Origin: Euglena gracilis
Taxonomy: Eukaryota
DNA length: 64,000 nucleotides
Direction of reading: 5' to 3'
Assembly (NCBI GenBank): GCA_039621445.1
Contig: CP154954.1
Location: 16,832,589 to 16,896,588, forward strand
The translations under genes were made by a program, and so were the position numbers. Positions 1 to 14,242 of this stretch are shown here, piece after piece; position 1 is the first letter of the stretch, and every line of letters begins with the position of its first letter. The notes beneath the pieces are model-generated. The model was given only the letters and a program-made list of their open reading frames with translations. It had not been told where the DNA came from and did no database searches.

Positions 1-834
<834 letters not shown>

Positions 835-1280
835 GGCAGAGAGGCAGGCAGAAACAGGTAGAGGTGTTTGTTAACGAACAGTTAAGAGATTAGTGTTAAT
901 GCAAATGAACAAATGCCTGGGGGGTATCAACGAAAAATTCAGGCTTTTCAGGAAGGTCACACCCTCTTTTGACCCCCCCTCCCAAAGTTCCCTCTTCCCC
1001 TCCCTACGGAGTTGTAGAGCCGCACTGATACTCCCCTTACACCTCAGTGGGGTACTGCTGTGCCATATGTCCACCCCCTCCCCCCGACGCGCGGCTCATT
1101 TCAGAGGCAGTCCTGTTGTGGGCCTTGTTATACGATATCCTCTCCTGCAGAGCAGAGAACGGCGGGTGGGCAACCCAGCACGCCATTGGGCTCTCCTGCC
1201 CTGAAGCCAGACTTGACTGGGAGCAGTCTATGGAATGGTGGCAGCACTAGCGCTAGCCACCCACAATTCCTTCTGCACCC

Positions 1281-1379
1281 GCACGCACGCACGTATGCAC
1301 GCACGCACGCACGCACACACGCACGCACGCACGTACGCACGCACGTACGCACGCACACATGCATGCACACACACACACA
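1281..1379. repeat. (GCAC)n/(CA)n microsatellite
   Basis: Direct reading of gcacgcacgc...cacacacaca. Confidence 0.9.
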
Positions 1380-1422
1380 TTTGGTTTTGCCAGACCCCCT
1401 CCCCCCTGGGAGCACCCCAAGG

Positions 1423-1625
1423 TAGGGTTCAATATAAGCAATATAAGGAGGGTGTATGGGTTCAGGTGGGGGGTGCCCCCCCCCTTGGATTTGAGTGGGG
1501 GTCCAGATCCCCCCATCTTCCAAGGGAGGTTCAGACTGAATGCGGGGAGGGGGGCACCGGGGACCCCCTTAAAAGATCAAAATTTTCCATCCAGTGCTTT
1601 GCGCCATTTTTTTTTTGCATTTCTG
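1423..1625 (-). mobile_element. Diverged fragment of MITE family A (right half, reverse orientation)
   Basis: tagggttcaatataag...ggagggtgtatgggttcaggtggggggtg...gctttgcgcc...ttttttgcattt matches the reverse complement of the 3' half of the copy at 40469-40884. Confidence 0.65.
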
Positions 1626-3112
1626 CAGGGGTAAATTGATATCTGCAATTTTTCCACAATTTCCGATTTTTTCCGAATTTTTTTTCGCATTTTTTTCCCT
1701 TTCTGCAGTTTTTCCGTATAAATCTAAAATGGCAAAATGAGTTTCGGTAACGTACAAGGAACCCTGGTGTTCTTTTCGTTATTTTGTTGCAAATTTGCCA
1801 ATTTTTAAAAATTTTGTCAAAAATTGGCAATTTCTGGCCTTTTAGATCTCTGCCCAATTTTTGCTGGAAATAATTCCCACAGAAAAAACATCATATCTTC
1901 GACCAGATTTTTTCCAAAGGCGCACAGTTTTTGGGGGTGCGGTGCTGCTACTGCCGGGCAAAAAAACTCCAGGAAATGATGACCTTTTTTTTGGCATCCT
2001 TACCCCCCCCCTTTGCCCACCGACCACTCCTAAACAACGGCCACCCCCCAGTCGGGGGTTGCTGGTAAGGGGTGTGTACGACCCGCCCCCTGGTCGGGGT
2101 TGTAGGTGGCTTTGAAAATTTGGCTGTTTTTGGCACCTGGCCGTACGACCACCTGGTCGGGGGTTGCAGGAACCCAGTTGGTGGGCAAAGTGGGGGGGAA
2201 CATGGGCAAGGCCTTGTTTTTTTGACTTTGGGTCCTGGATGCTTTCTATTTTGGCAAGTGTTCATGTTGTGCGCCATCTGGAAACCTGGTCTGTTTGGGG
2301 AGTATCTCAAAATCAGGCCTTGCGACTGCCGTACCAATGTCAGCTGTCAGCTGTCGCAATAAATCAGAGCGCTTTGGGGTGCGTTTCAGAACCTGTTGGA
2401 CGTTTCTACCGTGCAGCTCAATGAGGTTTAACCGCCCGTTCAGTGCGTTTTCAGACATGTGACTCTTTTCTCAGAGACCCCCAATTGGGCGGACAGTCGC
2501 GTAACCCCGGCCACCAAAACACCTCTTCTGTGGCTCAGCCGCCCGGTGCTGGGCCTGGGGACAGTGGCTGCCTCCCTGCGTCGTGCTTGCTGGCAGGGGC
2601 CTCAAATAGGGGCCACGCAGACGAAGAGCTGAGGGGTGAGCAACGCGCGCACATGCGCACGACACTTGCGTGAAGCATCACGTCTCTGCCTGGGTTTTCA
2701 TCCGAGGCCACAGGTTCCCTCAACCAGCCCTCAACCTACACGAAGTGTGTATGTCCGCAGGCGCAGGTGTGCGCGGTTCGGTGCTGGGTGTGAGTCCATC
2801 TGGATTGGGATTTCCAACGCAGGCGGCGAAGGGCGTGCGTTCCTGTCATCCAGTGTGTGTCCCGCATATTTTCAGCGGCTGACTCGAGGCCCTGCAGTTA
2901 GCGGCAAAGATTACATGTCACCGTTGATTCTCGAAAATGATGCAAAATCAAAGGAAATGTCCGGAGACCTAAATTGAAGCCCTTGGAACGCTCTATCTAC
3001 TGAGATTTTGGTTTCCCCGCAGCTCACCGCCTGGCTCGAGATACGGCCGTTTTTCAGCCAATTTAGGCCATTTTGTACACTTTTCCCTCTGTCCGACTTG
3101 GCCGTTTTCGGC

Positions 3113-6100
3113 CAAAAAAGTCGAAAAAAATCGAAAATTTTTTTTTGCCCAAAACGATGTTTTTTGGCCTCCCGGACCCGGAAAAACTGTTTTTGAGCCG
3201 AAAACGAGCGTTTTTCGACCCGCCGGCGCCCCGTTTTGGGCCGCCAGCCCATTGACTTTGGGTCAAACCCGGGTCAAAAAAGTCGAAAAAAATCGAAAAT
3301 TTTTTTTTGCCCAAAAACGATGTTTTTTTGGCCTCCCGGACCCGGAAAAACTGTTTTTGAGCCGAAAATGAGCGTTTTTCGACCCGCCAGCGCCCCGTTT
3401 TGGGCCGCCAGCCCATTGACTTTGGGTCAAACCCGGGTCAAAAAAGTCGAAAAAAATCGAAAATTTTTTTTTGCCCAAAACGATGTTTTTTTGTTTTTCG
3501 GACCCGGAAAAACTGTTTTTGAGCCGAAAATGAGCGTTTTTCGACCCGCCAGCGCCCCGTTTTGGGCCGCCAACCCATTGACTTTGGGTCAAACCCGGGT
3601 CAAAAAAGTCGAAAAAAATCGAAAAAATTTTTTGCCCAAAACGATGTTTTTTGGCCTCCCGGACCCGGAAAAACTGTTTTTGAGCCGAAAATGAGCGTTT
3701 TTCGACCCGCCAGCGCCCCGTTTTGGGCCGCCAGCCCATTGACTTTGGGTCAAACCCGGGTCAAAAAAGTCGAAAAAAATCGAAAATTTTTTTTGCCCAA
3801 AACGATGTTTTTTGGCCTCCCGGACCCGGAAAAAACTGTTTTTGAGCCGAAAACGAGCGTTTTTCGACCCGCCGGCGCCCCGTTTTGGGCCGCAAACCCA
3901 TTGACTTTGGGTCAAACCCGGGTCAAAAAAGTCGAAAAAAATCGAAAAATTTTTTTTTGCCCAAAACGATGTTTTTTGGCCTCCCGGACCCGGAAAAACT
4001 GTTTTTGAGCCGAAAACGAGCGTTTTTCGACCCGCCAGCGCCCCGTTTTGGGCCGCCAGCCCATTGACTTTGGGTCAAACCCGGGTCAAAAAAGTCGAAA
4101 AAAATCGAAAAAAAATTTTTTTTTTTTTTGGCCTCCCGGACCCGGAAAAACTGTTTTTGAGCCGAAAATGAGCGTTTTTCGACCCGCCAGCGCCCCGTTT
4201 TATGCCGCCAACCCATTGACTTTGGGTCAATACCCGGGTCACCGGGTCAAAAAGTCGAAAAAAATCGAAAATTTTTTTTGCCCAAAACGATGTTTTTTGG
4301 CCTCCCGGACCCGGAAAAAACTGTTTTTGAGCCGAAAACGAGCGTTTTTCGACCCGCCAGCGCCCCGTTTTGGGCCGCCAGCCCATTGACTTTGGGTCAA
4401 ACCCGGGTCAAAAAAGTCGAAAAAAGTCGAAAAAAATCGAAAAAATTTTTTTTGCCCAAAACGATGTTTTTTGGCCTCCCGGACCCGGAAAAACTGTTTT
4501 TGAGCCAAAAATGAGCGTTTTTCGACCCGCCAGCGCCCCGTTTTGGGCCGCCAGCCCATTGACTTTGGGTCAAACCCGGGTCAAAAAAGTCGAAAAAAAT
4601 CGAAAAAAATTTTTTGCCCAAAACGATGTTTTTTGGCCTCCCGGACCCGGAAAAACTGTTTTTGAGCCAAAAATGAGCGTTTTTCGACCCGCCAGCGCCC
4701 CGTTTTGGGCCGCCAGCCCATTGACTTTGGGTCAAACCCGGGTCAAAAAAGTCGAAAAAAATCGAAAATTTTTTTGCCCAAAACGATGTTTTTTGGCCTC
4801 CCGGACCCGGAAAAACTGTTTTTGAGCCGAAAATGAGCGTTTTTCGACCCGCCAGCGCCCCGTTTTGGGCCGCCAGCCCATTGACTTTGGGTCAAACCCG
4901 GGTCAAAAAAGTCGAAAAAAATCGAAAATTTTTTTTGCCCAAAACGATGTTTTTTGGCCTTCCGGACCCGGGAAAACGTTTGAGCCGAAAATGAACGTTT
5001 TTTCGAAAGAAAAACTGTTTTTGAGCCAAAAATGAGCGTTTTTCGACCCGCCAGCGCCCCGTTTTGGGCCGCCAGCCCATTGACTTTGGGTCAAACCCGG
5101 GTCAAAAAAGTCGAAAAAAATCGAAAAATTTTTTTGCCCAAAACGATGTTTTTTGGCCTCCCGGACCCGGAAAAACTGTTTTTGAGCCGAAAATGAGCGT
5201 TTTTCGACCCGCCAGCGCCCCGTTTTGGGCCGCCAGCCCATTGACTTTGGGTCAAACCCGGGTCAAAAAAGTCGAAAAAAGTCGAAAAAAATCGAAAAAA
5301 TTTTTTTTGCCCAAAACGATGTTTTTTGGCCTCCCGGACCCGGAAAAACTGTTTTTGAGCCGAAAATGAGCGTTTTTCGACCCGCCAGCGCCCCGTTTTG
5401 GGCCGCCAGCCCATTGACTTTGGGTCAAACCCGGGTCAAAAAAGTCGAAAAAAATCGAAAAAATTTTTTTTCCCGAAACGATGTTTTTTGGCCTCCCGGA
5501 CCCGGAAAAACTGTTTTTGAGCCGAAAATGAGCGTTTTTCGACCCGCCAGCGCCCCGTTTTGGGCCGCCAGCCCATTGACTTTGGGTCAAACCCGGGTCA
5601 AAAAAGTCGAAAAAAATCGAAAAAAAATTTTTTTTGCAAACGATTTTGTTGGGCCTCCCGGACCCGGAAAAACTGTTTTTGAGCCGAAAATGAGCGTTTT
5701 TCGACCCGCCAGCGCCCCGTTTTGGGCCGCCAGCCCATTGACTTTGGGTCAAACCCGGGTCAAAAAAGTCGAAAAAAGTCGAAAAAAATCGAAATTTTTT
5801 TTTGCCCAAAACGATGTTTTTTGGCCTCCCGGACCCGGAAAAACTGTTTTTGAGCCGAAAATGAGCGTTTTTCGACCCGCCAGCGCCCCGTTTTGGGCCG
5901 CCAGCCCATTGACTTTGGGTCAAACCCGGGTCAAAAAAGTCGAAAAAAATCGAAAATTTTTTTTGCCCAAAACGATGTTTTTTGGCCTCCCGGACCCGGA
6001 AAAACTGTTTTTGAGCCAAAAATGAGCGTTTTTCGACCCGCCAGCGCCCCGTTTTGGGCCGCCAGCCCATTGACTTTGGGTCAAACCCGGGTCAAAAAAG

Positions 6101-9100
6101 TCGAAAAAATCGAAATTTTTTTTGCCCAAAACGATGTTTTTTGGCCTCCCGGACCCGGAAAAACTGTTTTTGAGCCGAAATGAGCGTTTTTTCGACCCGC
6201 CAGCGCCCCGTTTTGGGCCGCCAGCCCATTGACTTTGGGTCAAACCCGGGTCAAAAAAGTCGAAAAAAATCGAAAAATTTTTTTGCCCAAAACGATGTTT
6301 TTTGGCCTCCCGGACCCGGAAAAACTGTTTTTGAGCCAAAAATGAGCGTTTTTCGACCCGCCAGCGCCCCGTTTTGGGCCGCCAGCCCATTGACTTTGGG
6401 TCAAACCCGGGTCAAAAAAGTCGAAAAAAATCGAAAAAATTTTTTTTGCCCAAAACGATGTTTTTTGGCCTCCCGGACCCGGAAAAACTGTTTTTTTAGC
6501 CGAAAACGAGCGTTTTTCGACCTGCCAGCGCCGCGTTTTGGGCCGCCAACCCATTGACTTTGGGTCAAACCGGGGTAAAAAAAGTGAAAAAAATCCAAAA
6601 ATTTTTTTGCCCAAAACGATGTTTTTTGGCCTCCCGGACCCGGAAAAACTGTTTTTGAGCCGAAAACGAGCGTTTTTCGACCCGCCAGCGCCCCGTTTTG
6701 GGCCGCCAGCCCATTGACTTTGGGTCAAACCCGGGTCAAAAAAGTCGAAAAAAATCGAAAAAATTTTTTTTCCCGAAACGATGATTTTTGGCCTCCCGGA
6801 CCCGGAAAAACTGTTTTTGAGCCAAAAATGAGCGTTTTTCGACCCGCCAGCGCCCCGTTTTGGGCCGCCAGCCCATTGACTTTGGGTCAAACCCGGGTCA
6901 AAAAAGTCGAAAAAAGTCGAAAAAAATCGAAAATTTTTTTTTGCCCCAAAACGATGTTTTTTGGCCTCCCGGACCCGGAAAAACTGTTTTTTTGAACCGA
7001 AAATGATTGTTTTTCGACCCGCCAGCGCCCCGTTTTGGGCCGCCAGCCCATTTACTTTGGGTCAAACCCGGGTCAAAAAAGTCAAAAAAAATCGAAAATT
7101 TTTTTCCCCAAAACGATGATTTTGGCCCCCCGGACCCGGAAAAAAACTGTTTTTGAGCCGAAAATGAGCGTTTTCGACCCGCCAGCGCCCCGTTTTGGGC
7201 CGCCAACCCATTATTGACTTTGGGTCAAAGCCGGGTCGAAAAGTCGAAAAAAAGTCGAAAAAAAATCGAAAAAAACGATGTTTTTTGGCCTCCCGGACCC
7301 GGAAAAAACGGTTTTGGAGCGGAAACGGGGCGTTTTCGACCCGCCAGCGCCCCGTTTTGGCCCGCCAGCCCATTGACTTTGGGTCAATCCCTGGTCAAAA
7401 AAGTCGAAAAAAATCGAAAATATTTTTTGCCCAAAACGATGTTTTTTGGCCTCCCGGACCCGGAAAAACTGTTTTTGAGCCGAAAATAAGCGTTTTTCGA
7501 CCCGCCAGCACCCCGTTTTGGGCCGCCAACCCATTGACTTTGGGTCAAACCCGGGTCAAACCCGGGTCAAAAAAGTCGAAAAAAAATCGAAATTTTTTTT
7601 TTGCCCAAAACGATGTTTTTTTGCCTTCCGGAACCCGAAAAAACTGTTTTTGAGCCGAAAACGAGTGTTTTTCGACCCGCCAGCGCCCCGTTTTGGGCCG
7701 CCAGCCCATTGACTTTGGGTCAAACCCGGGTCAAAAAAGGAAAAAAAAATAGAAAATTTTTTTTGCCCAAAACGATGTTTTGGCCTCCCGGACCCAGAAA
7801 AACTGTTTTCGAGCCAAAAATGAGCGGTATTCGACCGCCAGCGCCCCATTTTGGGCCCATTGACTTTGTGTCAAACCCGGGTCAAAAAAGTCGAAAAAAA
7901 TCGAAAAAATTTTTTTGCCCAAAACGATGTTTTTTGGCCTCCCGGACCCGGAAAAACTGTTTTTGAGCCGAAAACGAGCGTTTTTCGACCCGCCAGCGCC
8001 CCGTTTTGGGCCGCCAGCCCATTGACTTTGGGTCAAACCCGGGTCAAAAAAGTCGAAAAAAATCGAAAAATTTTTTTTTCCCGAAACGATGTTTTTTGGC
8101 CTCCCGGACCCGGAAAAACTGTTTTTGAGCCGAAAATGAGCGTTTTTCGACCCGCCAGCGCCCCGTTTTGGGCCGCCAGCCCATTGACTTTGGGTCAAAC
8201 CCGGGTCAAAAAAGTCGAAAAAAATCGAAAATTTTTTTTTCCCCAAACCATGGTTTGGGGCCTCCCGGCCCCTGGAAACACGCTTTTGAGCCGAAAATGA
8301 GCGTTTTTCGACCCGCCAGCGCCCCGTTTTGGGCCGCCAGCCCATTGACTTTGGGTCAAACCCGGGTCAAAAAAGTCGAAAAAAATCGAAAAAAAATTTT
8401 TGCCCAAAACGATGTTTTTTGGCCTCCCGGACCCGGAAAAACTGTTTTTGAGCCGAAAACGAGCGTTTTTCGACCCGCCAGCGCCCCGTTTTGGGCCGCC
8501 AGCCCATTGACTTTGGGTCAAACCCGGGTCAAAAAAGTCGAAAAAAATCGAAAAAAATTTTTCCCAAAACGATGTTTTTTGGCCTCCCGGACCCGGAAAA
8601 ACTGTTTTTGAGCCGAAAACGAGCGTTTTTCGACCCGCCAGCGCCCCGTTTTGGGCCGCCAGCCCATTGACTTTGGGTCAAACCCGGGTCAAAAAAGTCG
8701 AAAAAAATCGAAAAAATTTTTTTTGCCCAAAACGATGTTTTTTGGCCTCCCGGACCCGGAAAAACTGTTTTTGAGCCGAAAATGAGCGTTTTTCGACCCG
8801 CCAGCGCCCCGTTTTGGGCCGCCAGCCCATTGACTTTGGGTCAAACCCGGGTCAAAAAAGTCGAAAAAAATCGAAAAATTTTTTTCCCAAAACGATGTTT
8901 TTTGGCCTCCCGGACCCGGAAAAACTGTTTTTGAGCCGAAAATGAGCGTTTTTCGACCCGCCAGCGCCCCGTTTTAAGCCGCCAACCCATTATTGACTTT
9001 GGGTCAAACCGGGTCAAAACCGGGTCAAAACAGTCGAAAAAAATCGAAATTTTTTTTTGCCCGAAACGATGTTTTTTGGCCTCCCGGACCCGGAAAAAAC

Positions 9101-12100
9101 TGTTTTTGAGCCGAAAATGAGCGTTTTCGACCCGCCAGCGCCCCGTTTTGGGCCGCCAACCCATTGACTTTGGGTCAAACCCGGGTCAAAAAAAGTCGAA
9201 AAAAATCGAAAATTTTTTTTTGCCCAAAACGATGTTTTTTGGCCTCCCGGACCCGGAAAAACTGTTTTTGAGCCAAAAATGAGCGTTTTTCGACCCGCCA
9301 GCGCCCCGTTTTGGGCCGCCAGCCCATTGACTTTGGGTCAAACCCGGGTCAAAAAAGTCGAAAAAAATCGAAAATTTTTTTTTGCCCAAAACGATGTTTT
9401 TTGGCCTCCCGGACCCGGAAAAACTGTTTTTGAGCCGAAAATGAGCGTTTTTCGACCCGCCAGCGCCCCGTTTTGGGCCGCCAGCCCATTGACTTTGGGT
9501 CAAACCCGGGTCAAAAAAGTCGAAAACAATCGAAAAAATCGAAATTTTTTTTTGCCCAAAACAATGTTGATTGGCCTCCCGGACCCGGAAAAACTGTTTT
9601 TGGGCCAAAAATGAGCGGTTTTCGACCCGCCAGCGCCCCGTTTTGGGCCGCCAACCCATTGACTTTGGGTCAAACCCGGGTCAAAAAAGTCGAAAAAAAT
9701 CGAAAAAAATTTTTTGCCCAAAACGATGTTTTTTGGCCTCCCGGACCCGGAAAAAACTGTTTTTGAGCCGAAAACGAGCGTTTTTCGACCCGCCAGCGCC
9801 CCGTTTTGGGCCGCCAACCCATTGACTTTGGGTCAAACCCGGGTCAAAAAAGTCGAAAAAAATCGAAAAAATTTTTTTTGCCCAAAACGATGTTTTTGGC
9901 CTCCCGGACCCGGAAAAACTGTTTTTGAGCCGAAAACGAGCGTTTTTCGACCCGCCAGCGCCCCGTTTTGGGCCGCCAGCCCATTGACTTTGGGTCAAAC
10001 CCGGGTCAAAAAAGTCGAAAAAAATCGAAAAAATTTTTTTTTGTTTTTTGGCCTCCTGGACCCGGAAAAACTGTTTTTGAGCCGAAAATGAGCGTTTTTG
10101 GACCCGCCAGCGCCCCGTTTTGGGCCACCAACCCATTGACTTTGGGTCAAACCCGGGTCAAAAAAGTCGAGAAAAGTCGAAAAAAATCGAAAAAAATTTT
10201 TTTGCCCAAAACGATGTTTTTTGGCCTCCCGGACCCGGAAAAACTGTTTTTGAGCCGAAAATGAGCGTTTTTCGACCCGCCAGCGCCCCGTTTTGGGCCG
10301 CCAGCCCATTGACTTTGGGTCAAACCCGGGTCAAAAAAGTCGAAAAAAAAAAACCCAAAACGATGTTTTTTGGCCTCCCGGACCCGGAAAAAACTGTTTT
10401 TGAGCCGAAAACGAGCGTTTTTCGACCCGCCAGCGCCCCGTTTTGGGCCGCCAGCCCATTGACTTTGGGTCAAACCCGGGTCAAAAAAGTCGAAAAAAAT
10501 CGAAAAAAATTTTTTTGCCCAAAACGATGTTTTTTGGCCTCCCGGACCCGGAAAAACTGTTTTTAAGCGAAAAAAGATCTTTTTTCGACCCGCCGGCGCC
10601 CCCGTTTTGGGCCGCCGGCCCATTGACTTTGGGTCAAACCCGGGTCAAAAAAGTCGAAAAAATCGAAATTTTTTTTTTCCCAAAACGATGTTTTTTGGCC
10701 TCCCGGACCCGGAAAAACTGTTTTTGAGCCGAAAATGAGCGTTTTTTGATCCGCCAGCGCCCCGTTTTTGGCCGCCAGCCCATTGACTTTGGGTCAAACC
10801 GGGTCAAAAAGTCAAAAAATCGAAAAACAATTTTTTTTGCCCAAAACGATGTTTTTTGGCCTCCCGGACCCGGAAAAACTGTTTTTGAGCCGAAAATGAG
10901 CGTTTTTCGACCCGCCAGCGCCCCGTTTTGGGCCGCCAACCCATTGACTTTGGGTCAAACCCGGGTCAAAAAAGTCGAAAAAAATCGAAAAAATTTTTTC
11001 CCAAAACGATGTTTTTTGGCCTCCCGGACCCGGAAAAACTGTTTTTGAGCCGAAAATGAGCGTTTTTCGACCCGCCAGCGCCCCGTTTTGGGCCGCCAGC
11101 CCATTGACTTTTGGTCAAAACCCGGGCCAAAAAAGCCAAAAAAAACGAAAAATATTTTTTGCCCCAAACCATTTTTTTTTGGCCTCCCGGACCCGGAAAA
11201 ACTGTTTTTGAGCCGAAAACGAGCGTTTTTCGACCCGCCGGCGCCCCGTTTTGGGCCGCCAACCCATTGACTTTGGGTCAAACCCGGGTCAAAAAAGTCG
11301 AAAAAAAATCGAAAAAAAATTTTTTTTGCCCAAAACGATGTTTTTTGCCCTCCCGAACCCGAAAAACTTGTTTTGAACCCAAAAAGAACCTTTTTTCGAC
11401 CCGCCAGCGCCCCGTTTTGGGCCGCCAACCCATTGACTTTGGGTCAAACCCGGGTCAAAAAAGTCGAAAAAAATCGAAAAAATTTTTTTTGCCCAAAACG
11501 ATGTTTTTTGGCCTCCCGGACCCGGAAAAACTGTTTTTGAGCCGAAAACGAGCGTTTTTCGACCCGCCGGCGCCCCGTTTTGGGCCGCCAGCCCATTGAC
11601 TTTGGGTCAAACCCGGGTCAAAAAAGTCGAAAAAAATCGAATTTTTTTTTTTTTTCCCAAAACGATGGTTTTTGGTCTACCGTTCCCGTACAAAATGTTT
11701 TTGAGCCGAAAATGAGTGTTTTTCGACCCGCCCGCCCCCCGTTTTGAGCCGCCAACCCATTGATTTTAGTTCAAATCCAGGACAAAAATGTCGAAAAAAA
11801 TCGAAAAAAATCGAAAAATTTTTTTTGGCCCAAAACAATGTTTTTGGCCTCCCGGACCCGGAAAAACTGTTTTTGAGCCAAAAACGAGCGTTTTTCGACC
11901 CGCCGGCGCCCCGTTTTGGGCCGCCAACCCATTGACTTTGGGTCAAACCCGGGTCAAAAAAGTCGAAAAAAATCGAAAAATTTTTTTCCCAAAACGATGT
12001 TTTTTGGCCTCCCGGACCCGGAAAAAACTGTTTTTGAGCCGAAAACGAGCGTTTTTCGACCCGCCAGCGCCCCGTTTTGGGCCGCCGGCCCATTGACTTT

Positions 12101-12665
12101 GGGTCAAACCCGGGTCAAAAAAGTCGAAAAAATCGAAAATTTTTTTTGCCCGAAACGATGTTTTTTGGCCTCCCGGACCCGGAAAAACTGTTTTTGAGCC
12201 GAAAACGAGCGTTTTTCGACCCGCCAGCGCCCCGTTTTGGGCCGCCACCCAATTGACTTTGGGTCAAACCCGGGTCAAAAAAGTCGAAAAAAATCGAAAA
12301 ATTTTTTTCCCAAAACGGTGTTTTTTGGCCTCCCCGGCCCCGAAAAAACTGTTTTTGAGCCGAAAACGAGCGTTTTTCGACCCGCCAGCGCCCCGTTTTG
12401 GGCCGCCGGCCCATTGACTTTGGGTCAAACCCGGGTCAAAAAAGTCGAAAAAATCGAAAATTTTTTTTGCCCAAAACGATGTTTTTTGGCCTCCCGGACC
12501 CGGAAAAACTGTTTTTGAGCCGAAAATGAGCGTTTTTCGACCCGCCAGCGCCCCGTTTTGGGCCGCCAACCCATTGACTTTGGGTCAAACCCGGGTCAAA
12601 AAGTCGAGAAAAATCGAAAATTTTTTTTTTGCCCGAAACGATGTTTTTTGACCTCCCGGACCCAG

Positions 12666-12696
<31 letters not shown>

Positions 12697-14205
12697 GTTT
12701 GTGAGCCGAGAAAACGAGTGTTTTTTCGACCCGCCAGCGCCCCGTTTTGGGCCGCCAGCCCATTGACTTTGGGTCAAACCCGGGTCAAAAAAGTCGAAAA
12801 AAATCGAAAATTTTTTTTGCCCAAAACGATGTTTTTTGGCCTCCCGGACCCGGAAAAACTGTTTTTGAGCCGAAAACGAGCGTTTTTTCGACCCGCCAGC
12901 GCCCCGTTTTGGGCCGCCAACCCATTGACTTTGGGTCAAACCCGGGTCAAAAAAGTCGAAAAAAATCGAAAAAAAATTTTTTCCCGAAACGATGTTTTTT
13001 GGCCTCCCGGACCCGGAAAAACTGTTTTTGAGCCGAAAATGAGCGTTTTTCGACCCGCCAGCGCCCCGTTTTGGGCCGCCAACCCATTGACTTAGTGTCA
13101 AACGCGGGTAAAAAAAGTCGAAAAAAATCGAAAATTTTTTTGCCCAAAACGATGTTTTTTGGCCTCCCGGACCCGGAAAAACTGTTTTTGAGCCGAAAAC
13201 GAGCGTTTTTCGACCCGCCGGCGCCCCGTTTTGGGCCGCCAACCCATTGACTTTGGGTCAAACCCGGGTCAAAAAAGTCGAAAAAAATCGAAAAACAATT
13301 TTTTTTGCCCAAAACGATGTTTTTCGGCCTCCCGGACCCGGAAAAACTGTTTTTGAGCCGAAAACGAGCGTTTTTTGACCGCCAGCCCCCCGTTTTGGGC
13401 CGCCAGCCCATTGACTTTGGGTCAAACCCGGGTCAAAAAAGTCGAAAAAAATCGAAAATTTTTTTTGCCCAAAACGATGTTTTTTGGCCTCCCGGACCCG
13501 AAAAAACTGTTTTTGAGCCGAAAATGAGCGTTTTTCGACCCGCCAGCGCCCCGTTTTGGGCCGCCAGCCCATTGACTTTGGGTCAAACCCGGGTCAAAAA
13601 AGTCGAAAAAATCGAAAATTGAATTTTGCCCAACACGATGTTTTTTGGCCTCCCGGACCCGGAAAAACTGTTTTTGAGCCGAAAACGAGCGTTTTTCGAC
13701 CAACCAGCGCCCCGTTTTGGGCCGCCAACCCATTGACTTTGGGTCAAACCCGGGTCAAAAAAGTCGAAAAAAATCGAAAAAAAATTTTTTGCCCAAAACG
13801 ATGTTTTTTGGCCTCCCGGACCCGGAAAAACTGTTTTTGAGCCGAAAACGAGTGTTTTTCGACCCGCCAGCGCCCCGTTTTGGGCCGCCAGCCCATTGAC
13901 TTTGGGTCAAACCCGGGTCAAAAAAGTCGAAAAAAATCGAAAAATTTTTTTTTTCCCAAAAAAAAAACAAACAAAAAAACAAAACAAAAAAAAAAAAACA
14001 AAAAAAAAAAATCAAGCGATTAGTTTTTGGCCTCCCGGACCCGGAAAAACTGTTTTTGAGCCAAAAATGAGCGTTTTTCGACCCGCCAGCGCCCCGTTTT
14101 GGGCCGCCAGCCCATTGACTTTGGGTCAAACCCGGGTCAAAAAAGTCGAAAAAAATCGAAAAAAAATTTTTGCCCAAAACGATGTTTTTTGGCCTCCCGA
14201 CCCGG

Positions 14206-14242
<37 letters not shown>
